NCBI GenBank assembly: GCA_023551395.1
Contig: GCA_023551395.1_3945.1
DNA: 64,000 nt
Reading direction: 5' to 3' (one strand)
Source of the DNA: a phage
Of this stretch, positions 11,382-21,758 are shown piece by piece. Positions within the stretch are counted from its first letter, which is position 1, and each line of letters starts with the position of its first letter. A model generated the notes under the pieces. It saw nothing but the letters and a program-made list of their open reading frames with translations, was not told the origin of the DNA and did no database searches. A program made the translations under genes and the position numbers.

Positions 11382-11939
11382 TTACCTTAGCATGTGTGAT
11401 TTTACTGGAATAAAGATACCAAATTGTGAGACTGCTAAATCAGATAGTGACATACACTGTTCAGGTAAGTACACAAAAACCCCTGTGTAGAAGTCTATAA
11501 AAGAACCATCATCTTGTTTGCAGGCTAGTTTTCCATAACCATAGTTGTACAACTTTAATGAACCATCATCATACTTTAAGTAGTTCTTGAACTGAACATT
11601 AAAAGCATATTCAGAGAACCTTGTGTACAGGTCATAAAGCAATCCAATACTGTCGTCGACTATTGCTACACCAAACTTTTTACAAACATCTACATAGTTT
11701 TTGTATAATTTATTATGATTTTCAGGTGTTGCAAAGTTTGTATACCAATGTTCTAAGATAGATAACTTAATTGGCTGATTTTTAGAATATTCTAATACCT
11801 TCATGTCATACCAAGATTTCCTAAGTCTGACATCATCTAGCCTTAAATTTTGAGACACTTCGCGGAAGTTTTTGATGATTATATTTCTGCGCCTATTGTC
11901 AATCATAATCAATCCTCTGAGTGATACCAAGTATTGCAA
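11382..11939 (-). CDS. hypothetical protein
   Basis: 185 aa ORF. Confidence 0.5.
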   Translation of the reverse strand: MQYLVSLRGLIMIDNRRRNIIIKNFREVSQNLRLDDVRLRKSWYDMKVLEYSKNQPIKLSILEHWYTNFATPENHNKLYKNYVDVCKKFGVAIVDDSIGLLYDLYTRFSEYAFNVQFKNYLKYDDGSLKLYNYGYGKLACKQDDGSFIDFYTGVFVYLPEQCMSLSDLAVSQFGIFIPVKSHMLR

Positions 11940-12100
11940 GCATTACATGCGTAAAGCTCTAAGTCATTTTTATCTGGTTTATGAAAACAGTTTGCTCCGC
12001 AGTGGCAACGAAACGGCTTTCCACCAACTGTCAGGATGAAGGATTGAACCTTTCCATCAGGAGTCCGTACAGCATTTTTATGCTTATCTTCTTTGTTCAT
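11909..12100 (-). CDS. small zinc-ribbon protein
   Basis: CHCGANC ... CNACN cysteine pairs. Confidence 0.4.
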   Translation of the reverse strand: MNKEDKHKNAVRTPDGKVQSFILTVGGKPFRCHCGANCFHKPDKNDLELYACNACNTWYHSED

Positions 12101-12402
12101 TTTCTCTTACCACCAATCTCTACGTCAATAACTTGAACATCACCAGCAACATCAAACTTATGAATGATGTTTTCCACAGTGTAAGTCCAACCCTCAATGC
12201 GAACCAATTCACCTTCTCGCGGTACGATTGGGTTACGTTGGGCCACGGTTGCAGTGGAATAAACAACATCGTAGCAGTAGATATAGTGTACTAAAACTTG
12301 CATATTAGTCTCATCCATCAATAACAGTAGTGTGTGATTGACCATTTTTGCCATATCTATAAGATGTTGTTGTTTGAGAGTTTGGGCATCTGACAACAAC
12401 AA
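12097..12402 (-). CDS. hypothetical protein (start uncertain)
   Basis: ORF overlaps the lipoprotein gene; an internal Met near 12303 would avoid the overlap. Confidence 0.4.
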   Translation of the reverse strand: MLLSDAQTLKQQHLIDMAKMVNHTLLLLMDETNMQVLVHYIYCYDVVYSTATVAQRNPIVPREGELVRIEGWTYTVENIIHKFDVAGDVQVIDVEIGGKRK

Positions 12403-12571
12403 TATCCCTGCTTATAGCATCCCCATTGAGTTTGTAGATTTTGCAGTCTTGCATCTCTGGAGGGAGGCTGTAAGAGGCATCTTTGTTTTCATAAGATGGG
12501 TTACAGCCAGCCAGAAAAATTACTACAAGTGCAACCATTGCTTTCACACAACTCTTAACCTTATTGTTCAC
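12311..12571 (-). CDS. small lipoprotein
   Basis: Signal peptide with lipobox VIFLAGC followed by a short mature domain. Confidence 0.5.
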   Translation of the reverse strand: MNNKVKSCVKAMVALVVIFLAGCNPSYENKDASYSLPPEMQDCKIYKLNGDAISRDIVVVRCPNSQTTTSYRYGKNGQSHTTVIDG

Positions 12572-12703
12572 GATAATCTACCTCTCTGTATGTTTTTAAA
12601 TAGTGAGTGATGAGTTCTGGTAATTCACTACGTTTAACGTTTGAACGAAGAAGTGTCCAGTCAAAACCTTTACCAACCCTCCCCCAGAGACTGTACATTT
12701 TCT

Positions 12704-12937
12704 TCATAGCAACTCCAGAATATCAATACGTTCACCTTTGAGTACTCCAGTACGGTCTTTTGCAATCTTACCTTCAACAATAAGAATGTGTGCAGACCTT
12801 AAAGTGTCACTGTTAAAGGTTTTTACGAACCTACTAGGCATGACTACAATGCACATCTCCTGAATCAGCTCTGGAGTATAGCAGTTATCATGAAGTTGCT
12901 GAATAACGTCTGCAAGTGTCATTTTTGATGTCTCCAA
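12704..12937 (-). CDS. hypothetical protein
   Basis: 77 aa ORF. Confidence 0.4.
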   Translation of the reverse strand: METSKMTLADVIQQLHDNCYTPELIQEMCIVVMPSRFVKTFNSDTLRSAHILIVEGKIAKDRTGVLKGERIDILELL

Positions 12938-13128
12938 TATTCAATGTCTATAAGCTCTTGTGCAATGCTTTTCAGATTACCTTTCAAGAAAACCTTCTCA
13001 GAACCTGAAAGAGATGAATTGTCAATTAACCTGTTCATTCTCTCAAACAACTTCTGCTTACGATTTTTGATAGTTTCCTTTGAAGCACCTTTCATCATCG
13101 CTGCATGGGTTCTTCCACGATGGCTCAT
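12919..13128 (-). CDS. hypothetical basic protein
   Basis: 69 aa ORF. Confidence 0.4.
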   Translation of the reverse strand: MSHRGRTHAAMMKGASKETIKNRKQKLFERMNRLIDNSSLSGSEKVFLKGNLKSIAQELIDIEYWRHQK

Positions 13129-13189
13129 AAGCCCTCCTATATAAGATATAGTATAAGGTACTCTTCCATGAGCACCTTGTCAACACTAA

Positions 13190-15889
13190 TTAGTGAACCT
13201 CAAGCCAGCTTTTACCAACCTTACCAGTACCTGTAACAAGCGTTTCTTTCTTAAGACCTAAGTTCTTAGAAGCTTGTCCATAATACCAGTCAGTAACTGC
13301 TTTCACTTCTGCCGTCATACTTTCTGGACATTCCCAACTCGTCTCGTCGTGATATGCGCAGAGTAAACGAGCACCAATAGCTGGTTTACGCCCATTTAAC
13401 TTCATTAAGCCTTCGTCAATCATACGACGGCAAGCAAGGTTAATTGCCTCATTTTGAATCTGAGCCTCTGAACCCATGAGCAAATAATTCAATAGCTTAT
13501 GCGGAGATTTACACCACAACCAAGCTCCAGCAACCTTTACAAAACCCCCTTTAGAGATTGCAGCAGTCTTACCAAACACCTCTTCAAGTGCCTTTTTAGT
13601 TGCTTTGTAGTCAGCTTCCAAGTCATCTAACAGCTTCTTAATTTTAGGCAAACGTATAAAGTAAGTCTGTTTAGTCAGCGCACCTTCCTGAGTAGTCGCA
13701 GCTTTAATCGTCTTAGCAAACTTCTCATCACCTGCACCGAACAGCAGTGCATAGATACCATTCTTAGCTTTCTTACGACCTTTGCTAATCTCATGAAGAA
13801 GATTCTCATCCTGAGTAGCTCGACAAGTCAAGATGTCCTGCTCATCATTCAAGCTAAAGTAAATACTGTTCAGTGTATGTGCATCAGTCCCTGAATAGAC
13901 AACGTACAGGTCATTCTCAGAGTCATAGCGAAGGTACTTATCAATCTCTGGGTTGAGGTACTCATCAAAGTGTTTGCAGTAATAGCGTCCATCTTCTTGA
14001 CGAATGAACTCAATTTCTTCTTTACCTTGCGTTACCGCTTTGGTGAAGTCTTTATCACCCATAAAGTTACAAAGTAGAACTAGCTGGGCTGAGTTCATAT
14101 CTACAGAGACAACGTTAGTACCTTCCTCACAAATCCACACTGCCCTCATTGGTTCCCCATAGACAGCAGCACCAGACGGTACGTTTACAATACCATATTG
14201 TGTCATACGTCCAGTTGAAGTACCAAACACCATTGCACCAGCACTAAGGCGACCATCAGGACGAATCTGGTTCAACCAACCTTTTTCATCATCCTTTGAG
14301 TTCTCAATAGTTCTGCGTCGGTGCATCAAAGTATAGTACTTAGCAATCTTCTGTCCAAGCTCACCTTCAATCGTATCATAAGATGATTCAGTAAGTTTTG
14401 GTGAAGTACGGATTAAGCAAGGCTCAAGCAAATCTGTGTACTTCTTCACAGACCAGTTATGCTCAATGTACTGTACACCTTCATGTTCAACATAGCTCAA
14501 ACCACACCGCTCAACCATTTCCTGCCACTTAGGATGTTTTGTAATCATCTTTTTATTGTCTTTGAAACGACAAACTTTGACAGGGCGACCGTCTGAGTCT
14601 TTCTTGTAGTTCCAGTCATCTGGAATCCAACCAACTGATTTCAAGTAGTCTTTTACAACTGCTACCTGAGTCATACGAGAAACTTCAAACTCAATTGGTG
14701 TATATGGTGCATCAATCAATCCTGTGTAGCGACTTGACTCAAGTTCAAAGTGGTTAACAACGTGGCTGTTATAGTACTTCACAGTTTTGACTGTTTTTAC
14801 TGGCTTCCAGTCTTTGCATTTCTTACCAATCTTTGCATTCAACTCATTGCAAATTGCACGAGCATCCTTCATTGCTACAAAGCCTTCCTTGTACTCTTCA
14901 CCAGTTACAGAGTTGGTTGGTGTATAGCAATTTCTCTTTTCAATGTTAAAAATCTTTGTAGTTGGCTTACCAAATGGTTTGATTTCATAAGTCTGCATCT
15001 CACCATTACGCACCTGCTGACGATACTTCGTCTTAGGGTACTTGGTAATTCTTTTCAGTCCATCTGCATGACCAAATGCTTCAACATACTCATTCCAAGC
15101 TTTTGCAAACTCTTCTCCAGTGACTTTACCTTTGGTCTTAATAGTTGGAGGTAGATGTGGTTCAACCTCTGAAGCAAGCTCATTAGTCAACTTGTCAAGT
15201 TCCTTTACATGGAACTCCATAAGCTCTTTATCAGCTTTCCAACCATTGATAGCTTGCTGGCTCATCCAGAAAGATGTTTCTTTAGCTCGCATGTAGGTTT
15301 CATAAGTATCTATGCCACACTTCTTAAGCTTGAGATACTCATTATCAAGTGCCCGTTTAGTTTTGGCGTTAATACGGATATCTTCTACAACACGAGTGAA
15401 GATTTCTGCATTCCACACACCCCAATGTTCAATCTCTGGTTTACGAACACCAACACGAGCACCCCATGCAGCCAAACCATGAGCACCTTTATAGCCCTTT
15501 GGAGTTGGTCTATCCATCCACTGAACACGAGACTGGATAAGAGAATCCTGAAAGAAATTACTCCACGGTTTACACTTTGGATTATCAAAGTTCCATAAAT
15601 CAGGTGCAATGTGATTGAAAACCCACCAGTCATAACCGAGACCATTATGGATGCAAAGACGTTTTGCCTTTAACGCAAACTCAATACCTTCACGTAAACC
15701 ACCCTTAATGTACTTGGTATACTTGTGACCGAGGATAGGTTCATCTGTAAAGACCCATACAGGTGGCTCTTCATCGTCAGATTTATAGTCTGCGAAAGCC
15801 ATTACGTGCACTTTAGTGAACTCAAGGAGTAAACCATCAGTTTCTGTATCACCAACTAAATGTAAGTTTTTAAAATCTACGTTTTCCAT
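13190..15889 (-). CDS. DNA polymerase, family A, with 3'-5' exonuclease domain
   Basis: Exo I motif DTETDGL; Pol A motif B KKAKNGIYALLFGAG; motif C YHDE. Start placed at MENVDF (15889) because a GAGGGAG RBS precedes it; the ORF track extends to 15919. Confidence 0.9.
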   Translation of the reverse strand: MENVDFKNLHLVGDTETDGLLLEFTKVHVMAFADYKSDDEEPPVWVFTDEPILGHKYTKYIKGGLREGIEFALKAKRLCIHNGLGYDWWVFNHIAPDLWNFDNPKCKPWSNFFQDSLIQSRVQWMDRPTPKGYKGAHGLAAWGARVGVRKPEIEHWGVWNAEIFTRVVEDIRINAKTKRALDNEYLKLKKCGIDTYETYMRAKETSFWMSQQAINGWKADKELMEFHVKELDKLTNELASEVEPHLPPTIKTKGKVTGEEFAKAWNEYVEAFGHADGLKRITKYPKTKYRQQVRNGEMQTYEIKPFGKPTTKIFNIEKRNCYTPTNSVTGEEYKEGFVAMKDARAICNELNAKIGKKCKDWKPVKTVKTVKYYNSHVVNHFELESSRYTGLIDAPYTPIEFEVSRMTQVAVVKDYLKSVGWIPDDWNYKKDSDGRPVKVCRFKDNKKMITKHPKWQEMVERCGLSYVEHEGVQYIEHNWSVKKYTDLLEPCLIRTSPKLTESSYDTIEGELGQKIAKYYTLMHRRRTIENSKDDEKGWLNQIRPDGRLSAGAMVFGTSTGRMTQYGIVNVPSGAAVYGEPMRAVWICEEGTNVVSVDMNSAQLVLLCNFMGDKDFTKAVTQGKEEIEFIRQEDGRYYCKHFDEYLNPEIDKYLRYDSENDLYVVYSGTDAHTLNSIYFSLNDEQDILTCRATQDENLLHEISKGRKKAKNGIYALLFGAGDEKFAKTIKAATTQEGALTKQTYFIRLPKIKKLLDDLEADYKATKKALEEVFGKTAAISKGGFVKVAGAWLWCKSPHKLLNYLLMGSEAQIQNEAINLACRRMIDEGLMKLNGRKPAIGARLLCAYHDETSWECPESMTAEVKAVTDWYYGQASKNLGLKKETLVTGTGKVGKSWLEVH

Positions 15890-15949
15890 TTTTACTCCCT
15901 CTAAAATCATTAACCTCATACATTACTGCAAAAAATTATAAAAAGCAAG

Positions 15950-15990
15950 TTGACAATGCACTTGACAAGGTGTTAATCTTTGCGAAGTGG
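15950..15990 (+). promoter_or_regulatory. promoter-like element with conserved CTTGACAAGGTG motif
   Basis: Two overlapping TTGACA hexamers in an AT-rich divergent region; the 12-mer CTTGACAAGGTG recurs at 31220 and 61448. Confidence 0.4.
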
Positions 15991-16147
15991 GTTTTTTACT
16001 TAAAAGGTTACTTAACAGTTTAACTATACAGATACTTTAAAACTCTTAAAAGATTATTTAATAGCTTTTAAAAAGCTTTAAAGTATAACGTATAGAATAC
16101 GTTAAGATAAAAGATTAAAACTTAATAGTTACTTAAAAGAGGCTTAC

Positions 16148-16570
16148 ATGCAGAAAATGTTTGTTCACCCAGACATAGCTGACTTTGTTAGAGCTTTGCA
16201 GAAGTTGGAAGAACTTGACATTGCTGCTCAACGGGAATATGCTCACCATCACAGGAGGATGGTTGATATACAACATGAAATAGAGTTGTCTGAAAACTAT
16301 GAAGATGACTTAAAATGCTCTGTATTTGAGCATATGAAAGATGTTGCTACAGCGAGACGTAAAGCTAAAGACACAGTTGCTTTACTAGATTCTCTTAAAA
16401 AGAGGTTGCAAAGTGGTACAGACCTGTGTAATCTAGCGTCACTGATTAACGATGTTGAAACTTCTTGGGATAGGCACTATTATCCACGTTCTGAAAAGAC
16501 ACTTGACTTTTCTTCATCCGAAAACTTAAAATGTTCTAGAAAGAAACTTAACCAACTGAGAGAGAAATAA
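16148..16570 (+). CDS. hypothetical protein
   Basis: 140 aa ORF, first gene after the divergent promoter region. Confidence 0.5.
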   Translation: MQKMFVHPDIADFVRALQKLEELDIAAQREYAHHHRRMVDIQHEIELSENYEDDLKCSVFEHMKDVATARRKAKDTVALLDSLKKRLQSGTDLCNLASLINDVETSWDRHYYPRSEKTLDFSSSENLKCSRKKLNQLREK

Positions 16571-16571
16571 T

Positions 16572-17372
16572 ATGAATATCAATGTAGAAAAGATGCTTGA
16601 AGAGAAAGGTGTTGATGAAGCATTCTTAATCAATGCCGTAGAAAGCATGGCTATGATTCTTCGTGGTAATAACTACACAGAACAGTTTATGCCTGCAAGC
16701 TATAACTTGCCTGAAGACAAGTCTGATAACGGTGCTTTTGCAGAACAGGTTAATATGATGTTGACAGACACTACACTTGCTCTGGCATCTATTGCGGTTG
16801 GTGTTGATGCACTTGCTGAGTTCATTTTTTATGAAATGCAAAAGAATGACTATATCAGGATGTCAGACGAAGATAAGGAACTGTTGCTGACTAAGGACAC
16901 TGATTTCATTATTGATACGCTTATCTCATCAACGAGTGCTGTTATGGCTGTTCTTGAGAAGCGTATGGAAGAGAAACTTTCACGATATGAAAAACTTGAT
17001 TGGGGCGTAGAAGAATTAAACCCACGAATCAAAGAGATTATACAGCAAACTAAAGAGTCTTTGGAAGAAGCTGTTGAAAATGACTCTGTAGCTGATATAG
17101 AACCACTTCAGGTGAAAGTTGCACTGATGATTCCAGCTATCTCCACGATGATGAATATCGTTGCACTAATCCAACTTTCACAGATGATGGGTGTGAGTAT
17201 TGAGTTCATTGAGGAGATGACTGGTGGCGTTAGTATGCAAGCAATCAATGATGTTTTGGTGAACATTGGTGCTTCAATCATTGAAGAGAAACTACGCATT
17301 AACTTCGGTGATGATTTTGTGAAGCAAATCTCAGCTATGGCTGAAAAAGAGTCTGCTGAGCAAATGCACTAA
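16572..17372 (+). CDS. hypothetical acidic protein
   Basis: 266 aa ORF, translationally coupled to upstream gene. Confidence 0.5.
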   Translation: MNINVEKMLEEKGVDEAFLINAVESMAMILRGNNYTEQFMPASYNLPEDKSDNGAFAEQVNMMLTDTTLALASIAVGVDALAEFIFYEMQKNDYIRMSDEDKELLLTKDTDFIIDTLISSTSAVMAVLEKRMEEKLSRYEKLDWGVEELNPRIKEIIQQTKESLEEAVENDSVADIEPLQVKVALMIPAISTMMNIVALIQLSQMMGVSIEFIEEMTGGVSMQAINDVLVNIGASIIEEKLRINFGDDFVKQISAMAEKESAEQMH

Positions 17373-17390
17373 GTCTTTATAAATCTTACA

Positions 17391-17414
17391 AGCCTCCTTA
17401 GTTGGGGGCTTTTT
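17391..17414 (+). terminator. Rho-independent terminator
   Basis: AGCCTCC-TTAGTT-GGGGGCT hairpin plus TTTTT. Confidence 0.45.
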
Positions 17415-17433
17415 AGTAATTAAGGGAGATAAA

Positions 17434-18177
17434 ATGAGTAATATTATCGCATTTACTGGAAAGGCACGTTCTGGAAAAGACACCTCATGTTCTATTGTGA
17501 AGAACATCTTAGAGGATGAGTATGGCTACAATGTTGCTGTAATGGCCTTTGCAGACAACCTTAAACTGTCTGCATCAAAGATATTTGACCTGACTTGGAA
17601 TGACCTGTATGGTGAAACTAAAGAGACTCCACAGGTTTTTGACTTATCATATCCTGAACTGATGTTTAAAGTTACGGAAGCTATGGAGTTCACCTTCAGA
17701 GATGAACGTTACCATATGGACTTCAAGCTTATATCAGAGTTAACCGGACGATTAATCATGGAGCTTAAGAATGTTGCTAAACCGACTCTATTGACACGTC
17801 TGGGGTTTAGTAAAAAGTATAAATTCTCATCAAGACAAATTCAACAGATTTGGGGTACTGAAGTTGTCCGTAAAGTAATGGGCGACAAGTTCTGGTCTAA
17901 AGACCTTGAAAAAAGAATGGTTAGATTCCATGAAATGTGCTCACTTAGAAACCAATATGGTTTTGTCTTAATCAGTGATTTAAGATTTGACTCTGAAGCT
18001 GAATGGCTGAGTAGATTTGCACACCAAACTATTGAAGTAAAAAGAGACAATGTGGACAAAGTTTCATCACATGTTTCAGAAAATGGGATTTCTACAAAAT
18101 ATGAGCGTGACATTATTCATAATAATGGTACTCTTGCAGACCTTGAGAACAAGCTAAGAGCCATCATTAAAGTTTAA
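17434..18177 (+). CDS. P-loop kinase, probably deoxynucleoside monophosphate kinase
   Basis: N-terminal Walker A FTGKARSGKDT; resemblance to phage dNMP kinase N-termini is from memory. Confidence 0.5.
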   Translation: MSNIIAFTGKARSGKDTSCSIVKNILEDEYGYNVAVMAFADNLKLSASKIFDLTWNDLYGETKETPQVFDLSYPELMFKVTEAMEFTFRDERYHMDFKLISELTGRLIMELKNVAKPTLLTRLGFSKKYKFSSRQIQQIWGTEVVRKVMGDKFWSKDLEKRMVRFHEMCSLRNQYGFVLISDLRFDSEAEWLSRFAHQTIEVKRDNVDKVSSHVSENGISTKYERDIIHNNGTLADLENKLRAIIKV

Positions 18178-18185
18178 AAGAGAGA

Positions 18186-18386
18186 ATGAAGATGAGAGTA
18201 AAAGACAATTTTAAAGTTATTGACCACCGTTTAGTGGAACTCTCATCTCTTTCCAATGAGGTAATGATTGAACGTCTTAAGAGAGTTGAATCACGAAGGA
18301 AAGAGATTGCAGATGAAATTCATGAACTGGACAAGATTGAAAATGGATTGAAGGAAGAACTACAACGAAGAGGTGCTAATGTCTAA
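18186..18386 (+). CDS. small coiled-coil protein
   Basis: 66 aa ORF. Confidence 0.4.
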   Translation: MKMRVKDNFKVIDHRLVELSSLSNEVMIERLKRVESRRKEIADEIHELDKIENGLKEELQRRGANV

Positions 18387-20364
18387 AGGTCGTAAATTGA
18401 AAGAGGCTGGTCAGTTTGTTGGTCATTGCGCATGTCCACGTTGTGGTTCATCAGATGCTGGTTCAATCTATCATCATGACGATGGTTCTTATTCAATGAC
18501 TTGCTTTAGTTGTAACAAAGGTTTCCCAGAGTGGGATTTTGATAAAGGACAAATCGTGAGCACTTATTCTACTGGTTCAGACAATAAAAACCGTACTTTC
18601 CGTGGAATGGATTTAGACGATGTGAAAGAAAACCTTGAAGCGATGGACTTGAAAGACAGGAAGATTCCTGCAAAAGTTCTTGAGCGTTTGGGTATCAAGG
18701 TTGACATTGACAGTGATGGTGAAATTGACGCGCATTTCTACCCAACTTACAAACGCAATGAAGATGGCAAGCTAGAGCATGTTGGATACCGTGTTCGTCA
18801 CCGTTACCCAGAAGACCATCCAAAAGAGCACCTACGAGGTAAGTTAAAAGACTTTTCTGGTGGTGTTGGAGACATTAAAGGTGAACTGGCAATGTTCGGT
18901 TCATGGATTGCTCCAGAAGGTGGTAACCGTCTATTCATCTGGGAAGGTGAGATGGAATGTGCGACAGCAATCTATATGACTTCTCTTGCGATTAAGGACA
19001 AGTCTCGTCGTAAGAATTACTGTCACGTATCTGTTCCATCAGGTGCAAACATTAAGTCTATCAAAGACAACTATCAGTACATCACATCATTTGATGAGAT
19101 TTACTTGTGCTTTGATAACGATGAAGCAGGTGCTAAAGCTACCAAAGAGGCTGCTGGTATCCTACCTATTGAGAAGGTTCGCTTATTCCAGTATCCAGAA
19201 GGTGTAAAAGACCTTAACGAGTGGTGGACAAAGTTCTATAAAGAGAAAGATACAGTTCTGGAAGGATTTAAGCAGCGTATCTACAATGCACCTCGTTACT
19301 GTCCTGCTGGTATCAAGAACTTCGCAGATGGTTTTGAGGCAATGAAGAATCGTGGTCAGATTCCATTGATTCCTTTCCCAGAATCTTTCGGAGATTTGAA
19401 CAGACTGACTTATGGTGGTTACGGTTTAGGTGAGATTACAACTCTGGCAGCACCATCTTCAGTGGGTAAATCTGCATACACTCGTGAAATGATTTATACT
19501 GCTTGGAAAGATACCGATTACAATATTGGTGTAATTCCTGTAGAAGATACCTATGAAGAGTTGATGGAGATGCTCTGTGCAATCCACCTCAGCAAGCAGA
19601 TTTCTGAGATTCCTTATGACGAACGTGATTGGGATGAATTGAAGGAAGCACACGCAGAACTATCTAAAGGTCGTCGTATCCACATCGTAGACCATCAAGG
19701 GGCAATTGACCAAGATAACTTGCTGGAGTTTGTTGATTATCTTGTTAATAGCTTAGACTGTAAGATTATTATTCTTGACCCTATTACATTGGCTCTGTCA
19801 CGTTCCGATACGGATGAAGAAGAAGTCTTGTCTGAGTTATTGCGTCGTTGCAAGCGCTACCAGTATGCACAGGTGAACGTCTGTCACGTTCGTAAGAGCG
19901 CAGGGGGTCAGAAAGCCAACTCTGAAGGTGGAGATATCTCTGAAGAGGATATCAAAGGCTCTGGTGCGTATTTCCAGATTTCTATGAACAACATTCTGTT
20001 AATGCGTAACAAGGTTGACCCAGACCCTGTTAAGAAAAACTTGACAAAAATCAAGTTAACTAAGTGCCGTCGGCATGGTAAGTCAACTGGTATTGCTGGT
20101 CATACTTGGTACAATCCAGATACAGGACGTCTCATCAAAGCATCTGGTTGTGGAGTTGACATTGATGGTGCAGCAGAAAACATTCGCCAGCAGTTTGGTA
20201 TTGGTGAAGCTGAAGACCATTACGATGACTCTTTGCCACATTATGAGGATGAAGTGTTTGACCGTGAGACTGGTGAAGTCTATACTGAAGAGCAGCGTCA
20301 AAGCTCAACGATTCCCCCTGTATTAAGTGAGGATGTAGATGACTGCCCGTTCGAAACTGAGTGA
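18373..20364 (+). CDS. bifunctional primase-helicase (T7 gp4-like)
   Basis: N-terminal zinc ribbon CACPRCG...CFSCN; TOPRIM region EGEMECATA ... FDNDEAG; helicase Walker A APSSVGKSAYT and Walker B IIILDPI. Confidence 0.9.
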   Translation: MLMSKGRKLKEAGQFVGHCACPRCGSSDAGSIYHHDDGSYSMTCFSCNKGFPEWDFDKGQIVSTYSTGSDNKNRTFRGMDLDDVKENLEAMDLKDRKIPAKVLERLGIKVDIDSDGEIDAHFYPTYKRNEDGKLEHVGYRVRHRYPEDHPKEHLRGKLKDFSGGVGDIKGELAMFGSWIAPEGGNRLFIWEGEMECATAIYMTSLAIKDKSRRKNYCHVSVPSGANIKSIKDNYQYITSFDEIYLCFDNDEAGAKATKEAAGILPIEKVRLFQYPEGVKDLNEWWTKFYKEKDTVLEGFKQRIYNAPRYCPAGIKNFADGFEAMKNRGQIPLIPFPESFGDLNRLTYGGYGLGEITTLAAPSSVGKSAYTREMIYTAWKDTDYNIGVIPVEDTYEELMEMLCAIHLSKQISEIPYDERDWDELKEAHAELSKGRRIHIVDHQGAIDQDNLLEFVDYLVNSLDCKIIILDPITLALSRSDTDEEEVLSELLRRCKRYQYAQVNVCHVRKSAGGQKANSEGGDISEEDIKGSGAYFQISMNNILLMRNKVDPDPVKKNLTKIKLTKCRRHGKSTGIAGHTWYNPDTGRLIKASGCGVDIDGAAENIRQQFGIGEAEDHYDDSLPHYEDEVFDRETGEVYTEEQRQSSTIPPVLSEDVDDCPFETE

Positions 20365-20616
20365 TAGCTATAAAAGAGAGGGGTTCATACCCTTCTTTGA
20401 AGAAAAAAGTTTAAATAAATTTCAGGAAGAGTGTTTGACAAAGATTGATAGGTTCTATAGAATGCTCTACATGAAATGTGATGGAGGCGTTGAGGTAGAA
20501 GAAAACTTCCATCACAGTATTATTACAGTCACTATTACTATACCTCAGCATAATATTGGTTGGCTGTTTATAATGAAAGAAAATGTGTTTGAATATCAAG
20601 TATATCGGAGAATATC

Positions 20617-20766
20617 ATGAAACACTCTAAAGCATTTGAAAAAATTTTTGGGGATTCCTTAAAAGCCACTGCTGGAAAACCAGCAAAATACTATGAAGAA
20701 AAACGTGTAAGAACTGGAAAAACTGCACGTAAAGCAGCTTCTAAAGATAAGCACAACTTCCAGTAA
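20617..20766 (+). CDS. small basic protein (below the ORF-track size cutoff)
   Basis: 49 codons MKHSKAFEKIFGDSLKATAGKPAKYYEEKRVRTGKTARKAASKDKHNFQ with a GGAG RBS 6 nt upstream. Confidence 0.3.
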   Translation: MKHSKAFEKIFGDSLKATAGKPAKYYEEKRVRTGKTARKAASKDKHNFQ

Positions 20767-20838
20767 TTAGTATTTGACAATAGAGTATCAACAAACTAGA
20801 ATTGGTACTCTTCATAAATTGAGATAGAGGTTTAAATA

Positions 20839-21696
20839 ATGTCTAAAGTTGTTAAAATGAAAGCTCCGGTAGAGAAGTACAACGGTACTGAACGCCAAAC
20901 TCTGCGTTACCTGCTGAAAGATGTCTGGTTTTATTACCTGAACACTTCACCACGTCCGGGAAAAGGTAAGTCTATTGATAAGAAATTCCCAGGCAAAGAC
21001 TGTAACTACAGCGTATCAATTCTGGCAGAAGACGGTAACAAACTGTTTAAAGAGTTTACTAAGTCTAAGAAGAACCCAGAAGGTTGGGATAAAGTTACTA
21101 CTGAAGCAGTTGATGCAGATGACTTCGAAGAGAAGTTTGGTTGCAAACCACCATTTGAAGCAGACACTTACTACATCTTGAAAGTAAGTCGTGCAGCAGC
21201 TTATAAAGATGGTGCTGTGTGGACAGCTAAACAGTCATTCCCTGTAATGCTGATTGAAGAAGTAAATGGTAAGCGTGTAGCTGTTAAGCAGCCGATGAAG
21301 AAAATCAAAGCTCAAGCATCTGATAAACATGAAGATGACAAGAACTATGACGTAATTCATCCAGATATCGCAGTTGGTAACGGTTCTTTTGGTAGTGTGA
21401 TTCTTTCTACTCACTTCTACACTTTTGAGAACAATGTTCTGACAAAACCTATTCAGGAACAGTTTATCATTGATACTCTTGTACCTTACACTGGTGGTAA
21501 CGGTGCTAATGGTGAACCTGAACTGGATGAAGATGAACTGGCTATGCTTGGTCTTGATGGTGTTGAAGATAACGGTGAAATCACTGAAGAAGACGCAACA
21601 GACCATAAACCTTCGAATGATTCTGATGATGGTGATGATGAAGACTTGCCAGACCCAGATGACGAAGAAGATGAAGACTTCGATACAGAAGATTAA
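20839..21696 (+). CDS. single-stranded DNA-binding protein (candidate)
   Basis: Strongly acidic C-terminal tail (DDGDDEDLPDPDDEEDEDFDTED) as in phage SSBs; sits between helicase and exonuclease. Confidence 0.45.
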   Translation: MSKVVKMKAPVEKYNGTERQTLRYLLKDVWFYYLNTSPRPGKGKSIDKKFPGKDCNYSVSILAEDGNKLFKEFTKSKKNPEGWDKVTTEAVDADDFEEKFGCKPPFEADTYYILKVSRAAAYKDGAVWTAKQSFPVMLIEEVNGKRVAVKQPMKKIKAQASDKHEDDKNYDVIHPDIAVGNGSFGSVILSTHFYTFENNVLTKPIQEQFIIDTLVPYTGGNGANGEPELDEDELAMLGLDGVEDNGEITEEDATDHKPSNDSDDGDDEDLPDPDDEEDEDFDTED

Positions 21697-21713
21697 TCTC
21701 TAAAAGTTACTTT

Positions 21714-21744
21714 AAAGCCCTGTACTTAGTATGGGGCTTTTTCA
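21714..21744 (+). terminator. Rho-independent terminator (candidate)
   Basis: AAGCCC...GGGGCTT hairpin followed by TTTT after the SSB-like gene. Confidence 0.4.
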
Positions 21745-21758
21745 TATGGAGAGCCATA